From: Bacillota bacterium
Lineage (GTDB): Bacteria > Bacillota > Clostridia > Peptostreptococcales > Anaerovoracaceae
Direction: 5' to 3'
Assembly: GCA_017432345.1 (NCBI GenBank)
Contig: JAFRJI010000014.1
Span: 48,820-112,819 of the forward strand
Length of the DNA: 64,000 bases
Shown one piece after another: positions 1-9,408 of this stretch. The notes under the pieces are model-generated. The model searched no databases and had not been told where the DNA came from. It saw only the letters and a list, made by a program, of their open reading frames with translations. The translations under genes were made by a program, and so were the position numbers. How positions within the stretch are numbered: the first letter of the stretch is position 1; every line of letters begins with the position of its first letter.

Positions 1-186
1 GGTCGAGATGATGAAATAGTTCTTTTTCTTTTTATCCCGCAGGAAGAAGTTTTTTGTCGCCCACTCCTGATGCGGCAGACCCAGTTCCTGCGATTCCGAT
101 ACCGTCTTGATCGGTTCGTGTTCGTAGAGTTCGTACTGGATCGATCGTTGATCCAGCAAGTTTAAGATTTCTTGTTTTAAAAGCAT
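1..186 (-). CDS. Prolyl-tRNA editing deacylase, ProXp-ala/PrdX-like (YbaK superfamily); runs off the window start
   Basis: Not in ORF track. Hand translation from ATG at 186: MLLKQEILNLLDQRSIQYELYEHEPIKTVSESQELGLPHQEWATKNFFLRDKKKKNYFIIST, with the family KNxFLRDKK motif; GGGAG SD upstream. Confidence 0.85.
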   Translation of the reverse strand, partial: MLLKQEILNLLDQRSIQYELYEHEPIKTVSESQELGLPHQEWATKNFFLRDKKKKNYFIIST

Positions 187-206
187 TCCGTTTGCTCCCG
201 CTAGTT

Positions 207-240
207 GAAAAACGACCAGCACCGCTATGATGCTGGTTGT
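207..240 (-). terminator. Intrinsic terminator after thioesterase
   Basis: Minus strand ACAACCAGCA-loop-TGCTGGTCGT followed by TTTT. Confidence 0.65.
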
Positions 241-246
241 ATTTCA

Positions 247-675
247 TTACTTCTCTCTCGTGTCCGAAACAAGACCGCAGATTTGTTCGTAAAGTTCCGG
301 ATGCGTCCGTCTGATGGTGGTCGGTTTGTAATTTTCTTTGGTCGTCGTATAGTGCACGGTCTCCGCCTTAAGGCAAAGCTCCCCGGTCATTTCATTGTAG
401 ACTTCGTAGCGGAAGTACATCCGCAGCCCTGTGAACTTATACATCTCCATATGAACGGAAAAGTCATCGCCGTAGCGGAGAAAACCGAGGAATGATTCTT
501 CCGCCATGGTGCAAGGGATGATCACACCCTGCCGTTCAAATTCCGGATATGGCAGACCCACTTCCGCCATCCATATATATCTGGCTTCTTCTAGATAGCG
601 CAGATAATTGGAATGATGGACCACGCCCATCCGGTCCGTTTCATAATAGTTGACTGATCGTTTGAAACTCCACAT
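247..675 (-). CDS. Acyl-CoA thioesterase, YbgC/4HBT hotdog family
   Basis: YYETDRMGVVHHSNYLRYLEEAR motif. Confidence 0.9.
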   Translation of the reverse strand: MWSFKRSVNYYETDRMGVVHHSNYLRYLEEARYIWMAEVGLPYPEFERQGVIIPCTMAEESFLGFLRYGDDFSVHMEMYKFTGLRMYFRYEVYNEMTGELCLKAETVHYTTTKENYKPTTIRRTHPELYEQICGLVSDTREK

Positions 676-697
676 ATCGCTCTCCTTCTTTCACGCC

Positions 698-2359
698 CTA
701 CTTTCTCTTCAGTTCGCCGGCCTCGAGATCCTTCGCGGCCTGCTGTTTGAGAACGTAGTGCATCTTCTTGCCGGTCGCGGTCATCGGCAGGCTGTCAACG
801 ATCTTATACCAACGCGGACGCTTGTACGCGGAAAGCATCGGCGTATTCAGGCAGAAATCAAAGACTTCTCTGACGGTAAGCGTCGGGTCTTTCGGAACGA
901 CGTACGCTGCGATGGCCTGTCCTCTGGCCTGATCCGGCACCGCGGTGACCATGCAGTCTTCGACCTTATCGAATTCATTGATCGCCTCTTCGACCTGCAT
1001 CGGATAAACATTTTCACCGGAACTGATGATCATGTCATCCTTACGCCCATTGATCGTAACATACAGATTCTCATCCCAGAAGCCCAGATCGTTAGTGTAC
1101 ATCCAGCCCTTGTAGAACTTCTTCTCCTGTTCTTCCGGATTGTTGTAGTAGCTGTACGTCGTCTTGCCCGGGCAGTACAGGATGACTTCGCCCACGGTCT
1201 TGTTGTCCATCGGAACAAGGTCGTCTGGTTCCGCCTTGCGGTCTTCGTAGATATTGACGACGCGGACTTCATCATCGATGCAGCTGCCGCCGACTGAACC
1301 GGCATATTCCGGCAAGTCATACGAGCGGAGGAAGGAATTCCAGAATGTCTCCGTTGTTCCATATCCGTTGAGGATGTTCGGCGTAAGCACTTCCAGGAAA
1401 CGCTCGCAGGCGGCCTTTTCGAGCGGCGCGCCCATGGTGACCAGACCCTTTAGGGAAGAAATGTCGAACGGTTCCCGCTCCTGCGTCCTGGCCAGCATCT
1501 CCAGTGATGACGGGGATCCGGTCAGGAATGTGATTTTGTATTTTTCAACATAGTTCAGCGTCACCCGCGGCGAGAACGCGCGCAGTAGCACGAGGCACGC
1601 CCCGACAAAGAATGTCGGGCAAGTGCCGCCGGAATGGCTTCCGCCTCTGTGGAACAGCGGCGTCATATTCATGCAGATATCGTGGCAGTTGAGCGGATAA
1701 TGCATGATGGCGTCGTGAGCTGAAAGCACCTCGTTGATGTCGTTCAGAGGAACGTTCTTCGGCAGCGCGGACGTACCGCTGGTGCACATGCGGACGACTT
1801 CATCATAGATGTGATGGTCGAAATCCTTTGCCGATGCTTCTTTGCTTTTGCCGGCTACGTAATCCGGATACTGGATGTGCCCTTCCGGCGCTTCCAGATT
1901 GTCCGGATTATCGCACAGCACGAAGCGGGCCGACTTGAACGCCGACAGTTTCTCCGCCTCCGCAACGATATCCTTGATCTCGGAGCAGTACAGAACGACT
2001 TTCGGTTCGTTGTGCTCGATCAGCCGTGCGATTTCTCCCGGCGACAGTTTGAAGTTCGCCAGATTCACGATTCCGCCGATTTTTCTCGGTGCGATATAGG
2101 TAAAGCAAAATTCCGGACAGTTGTTCAGGATCGACATGACGACATCGTTCTTGCCGACGCCGTCCTCCTTAAACGCGTTTGCCAGCATATTGCATTCTTC
2201 ATCCAGTTCCTTATATGTCCAGGTACGTTCAATACTTGGATCGATCAAAGCGGGCTTATTGCCATATCTCCTGACGTTTCTAAGAAATCCATTCAGCCAG
2301 GTGTATTCATGCTCGAACGTTTCGATGAACATCCGATCATCATAAGTTCTCGTAGCCAT
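698..2359 (-). CDS. AMP-dependent acyl-CoA synthetase/ligase
   Basis: TSGTSALPK P-loop, NGYGTTE, GRKDDMIISSGENVYP, C-terminal TATGKK; start moved to MATRT behind a GGAGG SD. Confidence 0.9.
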   Translation of the reverse strand: MATRTYDDRMFIETFEHEYTWLNGFLRNVRRYGNKPALIDPSIERTWTYKELDEECNMLANAFKEDGVGKNDVVMSILNNCPEFCFTYIAPRKIGGIVNLANFKLSPGEIARLIEHNEPKVVLYCSEIKDIVAEAEKLSAFKSARFVLCDNPDNLEAPEGHIQYPDYVAGKSKEASAKDFDHHIYDEVVRMCTSGTSALPKNVPLNDINEVLSAHDAIMHYPLNCHDICMNMTPLFHRGGSHSGGTCPTFFVGACLVLLRAFSPRVTLNYVEKYKITFLTGSPSSLEMLARTQEREPFDISSLKGLVTMGAPLEKAACERFLEVLTPNILNGYGTTETFWNSFLRSYDLPEYAGSVGGSCIDDEVRVVNIYEDRKAEPDDLVPMDNKTVGEVILYCPGKTTYSYYNNPEEQEKKFYKGWMYTNDLGFWDENLYVTINGRKDDMIISSGENVYPMQVEEAINEFDKVEDCMVTAVPDQARGQAIAAYVVPKDPTLTVREVFDFCLNTPMLSAYKRPRWYKIVDSLPMTATGKKMHYVLKQQAAKDLEAGELKRK

Positions 2360-2427
2360 AGACCAAAGTCCTCCTTGTCTTTCAGTTTCATAATTCACAT
2401 TATACATAGTTATTATATCAAATTTTC

Positions 2428-2436
2428 TGCTATAAT
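2428..2436 (+). promoter_or_regulatory. Extended -10 promoter (TGC-TATAAT), probably leaderless transcript
   Basis: TATAAT at 2431-2436 ends 6 nt before ATG 2443; no SD. Confidence 0.6.
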
Positions 2437-2442
2437 GGACCC

Positions 2443-3384
2443 ATGTTACTCGAAATCCTTTTAAAAATCTTGAGTATATTCTTATTGGTCGCCATGGGGC
2501 TGTTCGCGGCAAAAGTGAAGCTCCTTCCTTTTGACGCGGCCAAAACGCTCAACGGATTCGTTCTGAACATCGCCGTTCCGTGCATGATCCTCCGGAGCAT
2601 GCAGCGGGATGAGACCAATTCGGGCCACTTCGACGATATGATGTGGTCCTTTGCGGCCTTTGCGCTCGTGACGGTCGTAATCGCAGCACTGGCGATACTT
2701 CTGATCCGCCCGGTCCGCTCCATCGCAGACGATGACAAGGGCCTGTACATATTCCAGCTGGCTTTCACCAACGCCGGTTTCATGGGCTACCCTCTGACGG
2801 AGGTCCTCTTCGGCAGGTACGCCCTGTTCCTGGCCATCATCATGAACATCGTATTCACGGTGCTCATCTATTCCATCGGCGCCCTCATCTTGGTACATAA
2901 AAAAGGCGAAAAAGTGTTTTCGATGAGTTTCCTGGTCCGGATCCTCACGATTCCGTTCATCGCATCCATCATCGGTCTGATCATTTTCGCCACGGGATTT
3001 CATTTCCCGGTGTTCATCAACGACACGCTGGAGCTCATGATGGCGACGCTGTCCCCTGTGGCCATGTTCGTCGTTGGTATGAATCTCAGCAGAAGCAAAT
3101 TCCGGAACCTGCTGACCCTGCCGAACCTGATGCTCTGCATTCTTTCCCTGGTCGTCGTTCCGTTCCTGACCCTGGGCATCGATCTTCTGCTGCCGGTCAG
3201 CAACATCCTTCTGGTCACGCACGTGTTCCTGATGGCGATGCCATCTGCCGCGCTGACCGCCATTCTCTGCCAGCGCTTTAACAAAAACACCCAGCTGGCG
3301 TCCGAAGGGATCGCGTCCACGACGCTCCTCTCCCTCGGCACATTGTCCCTCTGGGCGTTCTGGCTTTCTGAATTATTCCTCTAG
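2443..3384 (+). CDS. AEC family transporter
   Basis: About 10 TM segments, FTNAGFMGYPL and AMPSAA motifs. Confidence 0.88.
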   Translation: MLLEILLKILSIFLLVAMGLFAAKVKLLPFDAAKTLNGFVLNIAVPCMILRSMQRDETNSGHFDDMMWSFAAFALVTVVIAALAILLIRPVRSIADDDKGLYIFQLAFTNAGFMGYPLTEVLFGRYALFLAIIMNIVFTVLIYSIGALILVHKKGEKVFSMSFLVRILTIPFIASIIGLIIFATGFHFPVFINDTLELMMATLSPVAMFVVGMNLSRSKFRNLLTLPNLMLCILSLVVVPFLTLGIDLLLPVSNILLVTHVFLMAMPSAALTAILCQRFNKNTQLASEGIASTTLLSLGTLSLWAFWLSELFL

Positions 3385-3397
3385 ATTCTTTTACATC

Positions 3398-4306
3398 TTA
3401 GATCCGGATCTCACCTTCCGCCAGCACGGCTGCGGATCCGCCGACGTAGATCCTCGGTTTTTCCTGTTCGATGCGGACGCAGAATGTGATTTTTGACGCG
3501 CGGTCCATCGCTTCTCCCTGCACGACTGTATAGACCCGGTCGGTTTCGACCAGACCCTGCTGGTAAAGATAATAGGCAAGCGCCCCGTTGGAGGTTCCGG
3601 TCGCCGCTTCTTCGTCGATGTCATAGAGTGGTGCAAAATTCCGGGCGTGGATCAGCCCGTCCTCCGCGTTCAGCGTAAAGGCGTGCGCCCCGACCACACC
3701 GAACTTATCCGACAGCTCCGCCAGAGCTTTGAAGTCCGGATCGATCGCATTCAGTTCCTGCATATTTTTGATCGGCGTCATGATGTCGATCAGTCCCGTG
3801 GATACCAGTTCCGGAACCAGCCGGACGTCGGAATCCTTCACGCAAAGATCCTGTCCGTGCGCTTCCAGTCCCAGGATGTGATACAGATCCACCGCTCCGC
3901 CGCTTTCCATCGGCCCGTAAGAAACAGGGTCTCCCATGCTCATGAGGATTCCTTCCTGCCCGGCAACGATATCGATGGTCCCGGCCAGGGTTTCATACTG
4001 GAAAGATTCCCCTTCTTCAATGATCCCGTCGTGCAAAAGCGCAAAGGATGATCCGATGGTCGCGTGCCCGCAAAGATCCACTTCCGCGGCCGGCGTGAAA
4101 TAGCGTGCCTGGAACACCTTTTTCCCGCTTGTCTCTTTTTCTTTCAGCCGTTTCAAAAAAGCCGTTTCCGAATACCGCAGTTCCGCTGCGGTCTTCCGCA
4201 TCGTCTCGTCATCCGGGTAATCGCTGCCTTCCGGAATGAACACGACACCTGCCGGATTTCCTCCGAATAAACAGTCTGTAAAAGCATCCACTATCTGAAA
4301 TCTCAT
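3398..4306 (-). CDS. PhzF family epimerase/isomerase
   Basis: VDAFT..GGNPAGV, EVDLCGHATIG, EEAATGTSNG; start MRFQ behind AAGGAG. Confidence 0.9.
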   Translation of the reverse strand: MRFQIVDAFTDCLFGGNPAGVVFIPEGSDYPDDETMRKTAAELRYSETAFLKRLKEKETSGKKVFQARYFTPAAEVDLCGHATIGSSFALLHDGIIEEGESFQYETLAGTIDIVAGQEGILMSMGDPVSYGPMESGGAVDLYHILGLEAHGQDLCVKDSDVRLVPELVSTGLIDIMTPIKNMQELNAIDPDFKALAELSDKFGVVGAHAFTLNAEDGLIHARNFAPLYDIDEEAATGTSNGALAYYLYQQGLVETDRVYTVVQGEAMDRASKITFCVRIEQEKPRIYVGGSAAVLAEGEIRI

Positions 4307-4347
4307 GTCACTTCTCCTTTCTCCCTTCACTCCTGCCGATATTTCTA

Positions 4348-4375
4348 TATGCATCTGCCATTATGCATCTGTCAT
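4348..4375. repeat. 14-bp tandem direct repeat in divergent promoter region
   Basis: TATGCATCTGCCAT TATGCATCTGTCAT. Confidence 0.7.
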
Positions 4376-4438
4376 TTGTTGTTTCTTTCTCTCCGTTAAT
4401 GATATAATACCTCATGGAAAAATGAAAGAAAGAAACAA

Positions 4439-5341
4439 ATGAAACTATCAAATAACACAAAATTGCTGGGCGTCCTCTGCGTCACGATTACTTCCATATG
4501 CTACGGCCTCGTTCCGTCCTTTTCATTCATCGCATTTGATCTGGGCGTGGAAACGGGAACTTTGCTGTTCAATAAATTCCTATATGCCGCCATCATTATG
4601 TGGGCTTTCATTTTCATTCGGAAGATCAACTTCCGTTTTCCGAAAAAAACGGCGCTGACGATGCTCATCGCCTGCGCCGGCTATGTGGCTATGTCCACGA
4701 CCCTTTATATTGCATTTGATTACATTTCCGGATCGCTGGCCACCATCGTGTCCTTCACTTTCCCGGCCATGATCGTAACGATTGAAATGGTCACGGGAAT
4801 GGAACCGGTCCGGTTCGCAAAAATCCTGGCCGTCATTCTGTCTTTCGCCGGACTGGTCCTGATCGTATGGGATCCTGACATGAAGGCCAATCTGATCGGG
4901 ATCTTCTTTGCCTTCGTTTCCGCAACCATGTACGTTGTATATATTTTCGGTCTGAGCTCAAAAAGTATCAAAGCCGAAAACAGCTTTGCTGTTGCCGGCT
5001 ATATCATGCTCTTTGCTGCAGCGGCTAATTTCGTGCGCTGCCTGTTCAGCGGCGCGCCGCTGTTTGCCACGGAGCCTGCCCAGATCGGTATGATGATCCT
5101 GCTGTCTGTCGTCTGCGTCTTCATGGCGATCCTCTTTTACGCCATCGGCGTGCGCCTGATCGGCCCGGGAAACGCAGCACTGGTCAATACTCTGGAACCA
5201 GTCCTGGCCTGCATCTTTGGTCACTTCCTGGTCGGAGATGTGCTGACGAAAGTCATGCTCGTCGGCTCCGCCATGGTCGTGGCCGCCGTCCTCATCACCA
5301 ATCTGCCAGATCGACACCCAAAAAATGCGAAACGCGGCTAA
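4439..5341 (+). CDS. DMT/EamA family transporter
   Basis: About 10 TM, two EamA repeats, NTLEPV motif. Confidence 0.88.
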   Translation: MKLSNNTKLLGVLCVTITSICYGLVPSFSFIAFDLGVETGTLLFNKFLYAAIIMWAFIFIRKINFRFPKKTALTMLIACAGYVAMSTTLYIAFDYISGSLATIVSFTFPAMIVTIEMVTGMEPVRFAKILAVILSFAGLVLIVWDPDMKANLIGIFFAFVSATMYVVYIFGLSSKSIKAENSFAVAGYIMLFAAAANFVRCLFSGAPLFATEPAQIGMMILLSVVCVFMAILFYAIGVRLIGPGNAALVNTLEPVLACIFGHFLVGDVLTKVMLVGSAMVVAAVLITNLPDRHPKNAKRG

Positions 5342-5536
5342 GTATCATTCTATCCATTGAAACCAAGCGTGGCTTAGCCGCGATTTTTCCGTGTTTTGAT
5401 TCTTTCTGCGGCTACGATGCTCTGCGGACATTGAAACAAAACTATTTTAGCCGCGCAAACATGTCAAAATAGACTTTTCGCGCGGCTAATGTCACTCTTT
5501 TTTCAACAGATCAAGCGCGGTTTAGCCGCGCTTGAT
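5333..5536. repeat. Cluster of REP-like CGCGGCTAA/TTAGCCGCG palindromic repeats; last pair forms a probable terminator
   Basis: Copies at about 5333, 5368/5374, 5407, 5447, 5480, 5516/5522 in alternating orientation; hairpin ATCAAGCGCGG-TTTAG-CCGCGCTTGAT at 5510-5536. Confidence 0.7.
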
Positions 5537-5550
5537 GTTTTCTATAACGC

Positions 5551-7980
5551 TTATATTGCCGTCGTGTTCCAGATCCGGTCGGCGTAATCGCGGATGCTCC
5601 GGTCTGCCGCGAAGCGAGCAGCCTTTGCGATATTCTCAATGGACATCGTATTCCATCTCTGACGGTCTTCGTAAGCTGCCTGAATATCCTCATGCGCCCG
5701 GCAGTAATCTGCGAAATCAAGCAGGCACATATACGGGTCAGCGATACTGTAGGACGGATACAGCAGGTAACTCTTCAGATTGTCGAATTCCTTGCCGGCA
5801 AAACCATCCTCCAGCGCATCCACGGCCCGCTTCAGAACAGGATTGTTTTCATAGATATCGTGTGCATTATATCCATGCTGGAGTGCTTCCCGCACTTCCC
5901 ATTCTCTCTTGCCGAATATGAAAATGCTTTCCGGACCAACGACCTGCCGGATCTCCACATTGGCTCCGTCAAGCGTGCCGATGGTAACCGCGCCGTTGAT
6001 CATCATCTTCATGTTGCCCGTTCCGCTGGCTTCTTTTCCTGCCAGTGAGATCTGCTCCGAGATCTCCGTCGCCGGCATCAGACCTTCTGCCATGGAAACG
6101 CTGTAGTTCTCCAGGAAGACGACCTTCAGTTTCGATGCGATCTTCGGGTTTTTCTCGATTTCCTCACTGAGTTTGCAGATCAGCTGGATCACGCTTTTTG
6201 CCAGGAAGTAACTCGGTGCCGCCTTGGCCGCAAAGAGATACGTTTCCGGCCGCATCTCCCGGTCTGGGTCATCCAGCAGCATCTGATAGCGGCTGATGAT
6301 ACGAAGCGCATTCATCAGCTGGCGTTTGTATTCATGAAGCCTCTTTGCCTGTACGATGAAGATGGAATCCGGATCGATCTCCACGCCGGATGCCTTTTTC
6401 ATCTTATCCGCAAAGTGTGCCTTGTTTTCTCTCTTGATCTGTTCCAACCGCTCACAGACAGACGGATCTTCCCGGAAACGGAAGAAGTCCTCCAGCCTGC
6501 GGTCATAGGTCCGGTAATCCGTGCCGATGCATTCATCGATCAGCTGCGCCAGTTTCGGATTGGACTGGCAAAGCCATCTCCGATAGGCGATCCCGTTCGT
6601 GACGTTCGTAAACTTGTCTGGTTGCGCAAGAAAGTAGTCGTGGAACAGATCGTCTTTGAGGATCTGGGAATGCAGTTCTGAAACGCCATTGACTTTGTGC
6701 GAACCGATGACGGACAGATTGGCCATGCGGACCTGTCCGTTGCCAAGCACCGCCGTATAGTCGACTTTGCCGTGGTCGCCCGGGAATTTGGAATACATGT
6801 ATTCGCGGAAACGCCGGTCGATCTCGGAAATGATCGAGAACACGCGCGGCATGAGAGCCTGCACCTGCGATGTCTTCCACTTCTCAAGCGCTTCTGCCAG
6901 GATCGTATGGTTCGTGTAAGAAACGGATCCGACGACTCTCTCCCATGCGTAATCCCAGCCGCATCCATACTCATCCATGAAGATCCGCATCAGTTCCGGA
7001 ATGCAAAGCGCTGGGTGGGTGTCGTTGATATGGATGACATTCTTCAGGTGGAAATTGTCCAGCGTCCCATATAACTGCATGTGGTCGCGGACGATGTTCT
7101 GGCAGGATGCGGAGACCATAAAGTACTGCTGCTTCAGGCGCAGTTCCTTTCCTTCCTCGATGTTGTCCGCCGGATAGAGAACTTTGGTGATCGCCTCCGC
7201 CCGGTTGTTTCTCTGGGCCGCTCTGGTGAAATCGCCGCTGTTGAAGCTCTCCATGTCGAACCCTTCCGAATCGATCGCACGCCACAACCGCAGCTTGCAG
7301 GCGGCATCGTTGCCTGCCCCCGGCACATACATATCATATGGTATCGCTTTGACGACCTGCATTTCATCCAAAGAAAACTGCAGTCCCTTCTCATCCCACC
7401 ATTCATTGTATCTGCCATAGAAATTGACATAGAACGGATCGTCATCCCGCTTATTGAGCCAGACGCCGCCGCCCGGAATCCAGTTGTCCGGCAGCTCCAC
7501 CTGCCAGCCATCTGTGATTTTCTGTTTGAACAGTCCGTATTCATAGCGCAGAGAAAAACCGGTCGCATCGTAATTGCCCGTTGCCATGGCAGACAGAAAA
7601 CAAGCCGCCAGTCTTCCCAGACCGCCGTTTCCTAGGCCGGCATCCGGCTCGCAGTCAAAAATGTCTTCCAGTTTCAAGCCTCTGCTTTCGACCAGTTCCC
7701 GGACCATCTCCGTCGCGTCCAGACAGTACAGCGCGTTTTTCAGAGACTGCCCCACGAGAAATTCCATGCAGATGTAATAGATCTTTTTCTTTCCGAGGCC
7801 TTCTTTCTCCGCCTTGTTTTTCTTTTTCTTAAAATCTACGTAACGCTCCTGCAGCTGCCGGTTTACGACGCGTGCCAGCGCCTTATAGAGTTGTTCCGGT
7901 GTCGCTTCTTCAAAGCTCGTGTGGAGTCTGTCCTCCAGATAATCGTTGATTACTTCAACTAATTGATTGTTGTTTTCCAT
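5551..7980 (-). CDS. glgP: Glycogen/starch phosphorylase
   Basis: GLGNGGLGRLAAC, INDTHP, KRLHEYKRQ, EASGTGNMK PLP motif. Confidence 0.97.
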   Translation of the reverse strand: MENNNQLVEVINDYLEDRLHTSFEEATPEQLYKALARVVNRQLQERYVDFKKKKNKAEKEGLGKKKIYYICMEFLVGQSLKNALYCLDATEMVRELVESRGLKLEDIFDCEPDAGLGNGGLGRLAACFLSAMATGNYDATGFSLRYEYGLFKQKITDGWQVELPDNWIPGGGVWLNKRDDDPFYVNFYGRYNEWWDEKGLQFSLDEMQVVKAIPYDMYVPGAGNDAACKLRLWRAIDSEGFDMESFNSGDFTRAAQRNNRAEAITKVLYPADNIEEGKELRLKQQYFMVSASCQNIVRDHMQLYGTLDNFHLKNVIHINDTHPALCIPELMRIFMDEYGCGWDYAWERVVGSVSYTNHTILAEALEKWKTSQVQALMPRVFSIISEIDRRFREYMYSKFPGDHGKVDYTAVLGNGQVRMANLSVIGSHKVNGVSELHSQILKDDLFHDYFLAQPDKFTNVTNGIAYRRWLCQSNPKLAQLIDECIGTDYRTYDRRLEDFFRFREDPSVCERLEQIKRENKAHFADKMKKASGVEIDPDSIFIVQAKRLHEYKRQLMNALRIISRYQMLLDDPDREMRPETYLFAAKAAPSYFLAKSVIQLICKLSEEIEKNPKIASKLKVVFLENYSVSMAEGLMPATEISEQISLAGKEASGTGNMKMMINGAVTIGTLDGANVEIRQVVGPESIFIFGKREWEVREALQHGYNAHDIYENNPVLKRAVDALEDGFAGKEFDNLKSYLLYPSYSIADPYMCLLDFADYCRAHEDIQAAYEDRQRWNTMSIENIAKAARFAADRSIRDYADRIWNTTAI

Positions 7981-7983
7981 CTT

Positions 7984-9405
7984 TTATAATAGCTCCGTAT
8001 ATAGTCTGTAGTATTCTTTGGCCGATCTTTCCCAGGTGAAATCTTCATCCAGGATATGACGGACCAGTACACGCCATTTATTCCGGTGGCCGTACAGATC
8101 CAGTGCGCGATGCACTGCATAGGACAATTCCTGTCCGTTGAAATCATAGAACGTGAATCCGTTCCCTTCTTTGCCGTCCCATTCGTGGATGGAATCCGCC
8201 AGTCCTCCGGTCAGCCGGACGATCGGAACGTTGCCGTAGCGGCACGCGATCATCTGGGCCAGCCCGCAGGCTTCGCTTCTGGAAGGCATCAGGAACATGT
8301 CTCCACCAGCGTAGATCCGATGCGCGGTCGCCGTGTTGAACTCGATCAGTGAACGGACCTGCTCCGGATGGCGGTACTGCAGCTGACGGAAGAACTCTTC
8401 GTACTTCTCATCGCCGGTACCAAGCATGACGAACTGCACGTCACTCGTATACAGCAGATCATCGATCATTTCCGCGACGATGTCCACGCCTTTCGGCGCG
8501 ACGAGACGCGTGATCATGGTCAGCATCGCCGCATCGCTTTCCGCAAGGCCCAGGTCTTTTTGCAAAGCCCTCTTGCACCGCTTCTTACCCTGTAGTTTTT
8601 CTGCAGAATAGGATGCTTCAGTGGACGGGTCGTTCGTCGGATCATAGGAGACCGTATCGATGCCGTTCAGAATGCCGGTGAATTTATACTCATTATCGCG
8701 GATCACCCCATCCAGCCCAAAGGCACTGACTGGATATGTCAGTTCTTTGGCGTAGGTCGGGCTGACTGTCGTAAATGTATCCGTCAGTTCAATGGCGCCC
8801 TTCATCAGGTTGACATCGCCGTCCTTGAGCAGATAATGCGCATCCTGCTCATCAAGACCGATGCAGTCGTGCAGCATCTGCGTTCCGTATCGGCCCTGGT
8901 ATTCCACATTGTGTACCGTGAAGACGGTCTTGATGCCTTTGTCCTTGTATAAGATCTTTGCAAAGACCGTCGACAGCGCTGTCTGCCAGTCGTTGGCGTG
9001 GATGATGTCCGGTTCGAAACCTGTGATCTTTGAACTCTCCAGCACAGCACGGCTGAAGAACGAGAACCGTTCGCAGTCGTCGCCGAATCCGTATAGCTTG
9101 TCGCGCTTGAAATAGAATTCGTTATCGACGAAGTAATAAACAACGCCATCTTTTTTAAGCTGGAAGATCCCCATGTACTGGCTGCGCCAGGCGACCGGGA
9201 TCTCTGCGTGTCCGAGGAAGGTCATCTTCTTCCGGTACTCTTCCTTGACGGAACCATACAGCGGCATGATGACGCGGCATTCGATGTTCGATCCTTTCAG
9301 CTGATTGACCGCTCTCGGTAGCGATCCTGCTACTTCGCCCAGTCCGCCGGTCCCGCCAAACGGCATGACCTCAGGAGAGGCGAATAATACTTTGATCTTT
9401 TCCAT
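7984..9405 (-). CDS. glgA: Glycogen synthase
   Basis: TGGLGEV, HANDWQT, TVSPTYA, MPSRSEACGLAQM. Confidence 0.96.
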   Translation of the reverse strand: MEKIKVLFASPEVMPFGGTGGLGEVAGSLPRAVNQLKGSNIECRVIMPLYGSVKEEYRKKMTFLGHAEIPVAWRSQYMGIFQLKKDGVVYYFVDNEFYFKRDKLYGFGDDCERFSFFSRAVLESSKITGFEPDIIHANDWQTALSTVFAKILYKDKGIKTVFTVHNVEYQGRYGTQMLHDCIGLDEQDAHYLLKDGDVNLMKGAIELTDTFTTVSPTYAKELTYPVSAFGLDGVIRDNEYKFTGILNGIDTVSYDPTNDPSTEASYSAEKLQGKKRCKRALQKDLGLAESDAAMLTMITRLVAPKGVDIVAEMIDDLLYTSDVQFVMLGTGDEKYEEFFRQLQYRHPEQVRSLIEFNTATAHRIYAGGDMFLMPSRSEACGLAQMIACRYGNVPIVRLTGGLADSIHEWDGKEGNGFTFYDFNGQELSYAVHRALDLYGHRNKWRVLVRHILDEDFTWERSAKEYYRLYTELL

Positions 9406-9408
9406 TTC

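Noticed and set aside
32-247. 71-aa Gly/Ser-rich ORF resembling a RiPP precursor
   Set aside because: Out-of-frame overlap with the ProXp-ala-like gene starting at 186; it crosses a terminator and no modification enzymes are nearby
5333-5536. Possible CRISPR array
   Set aside because: Repeats are only about 9-12 bp, inverted and irregularly spaced, with no cas genes; reported as REP-like instead
9340-9370. GlgA KTGGL motif reads GTGGL
   Set aside because: This position varies among clostridial glycogen synthases and the other catalytic motifs are intact
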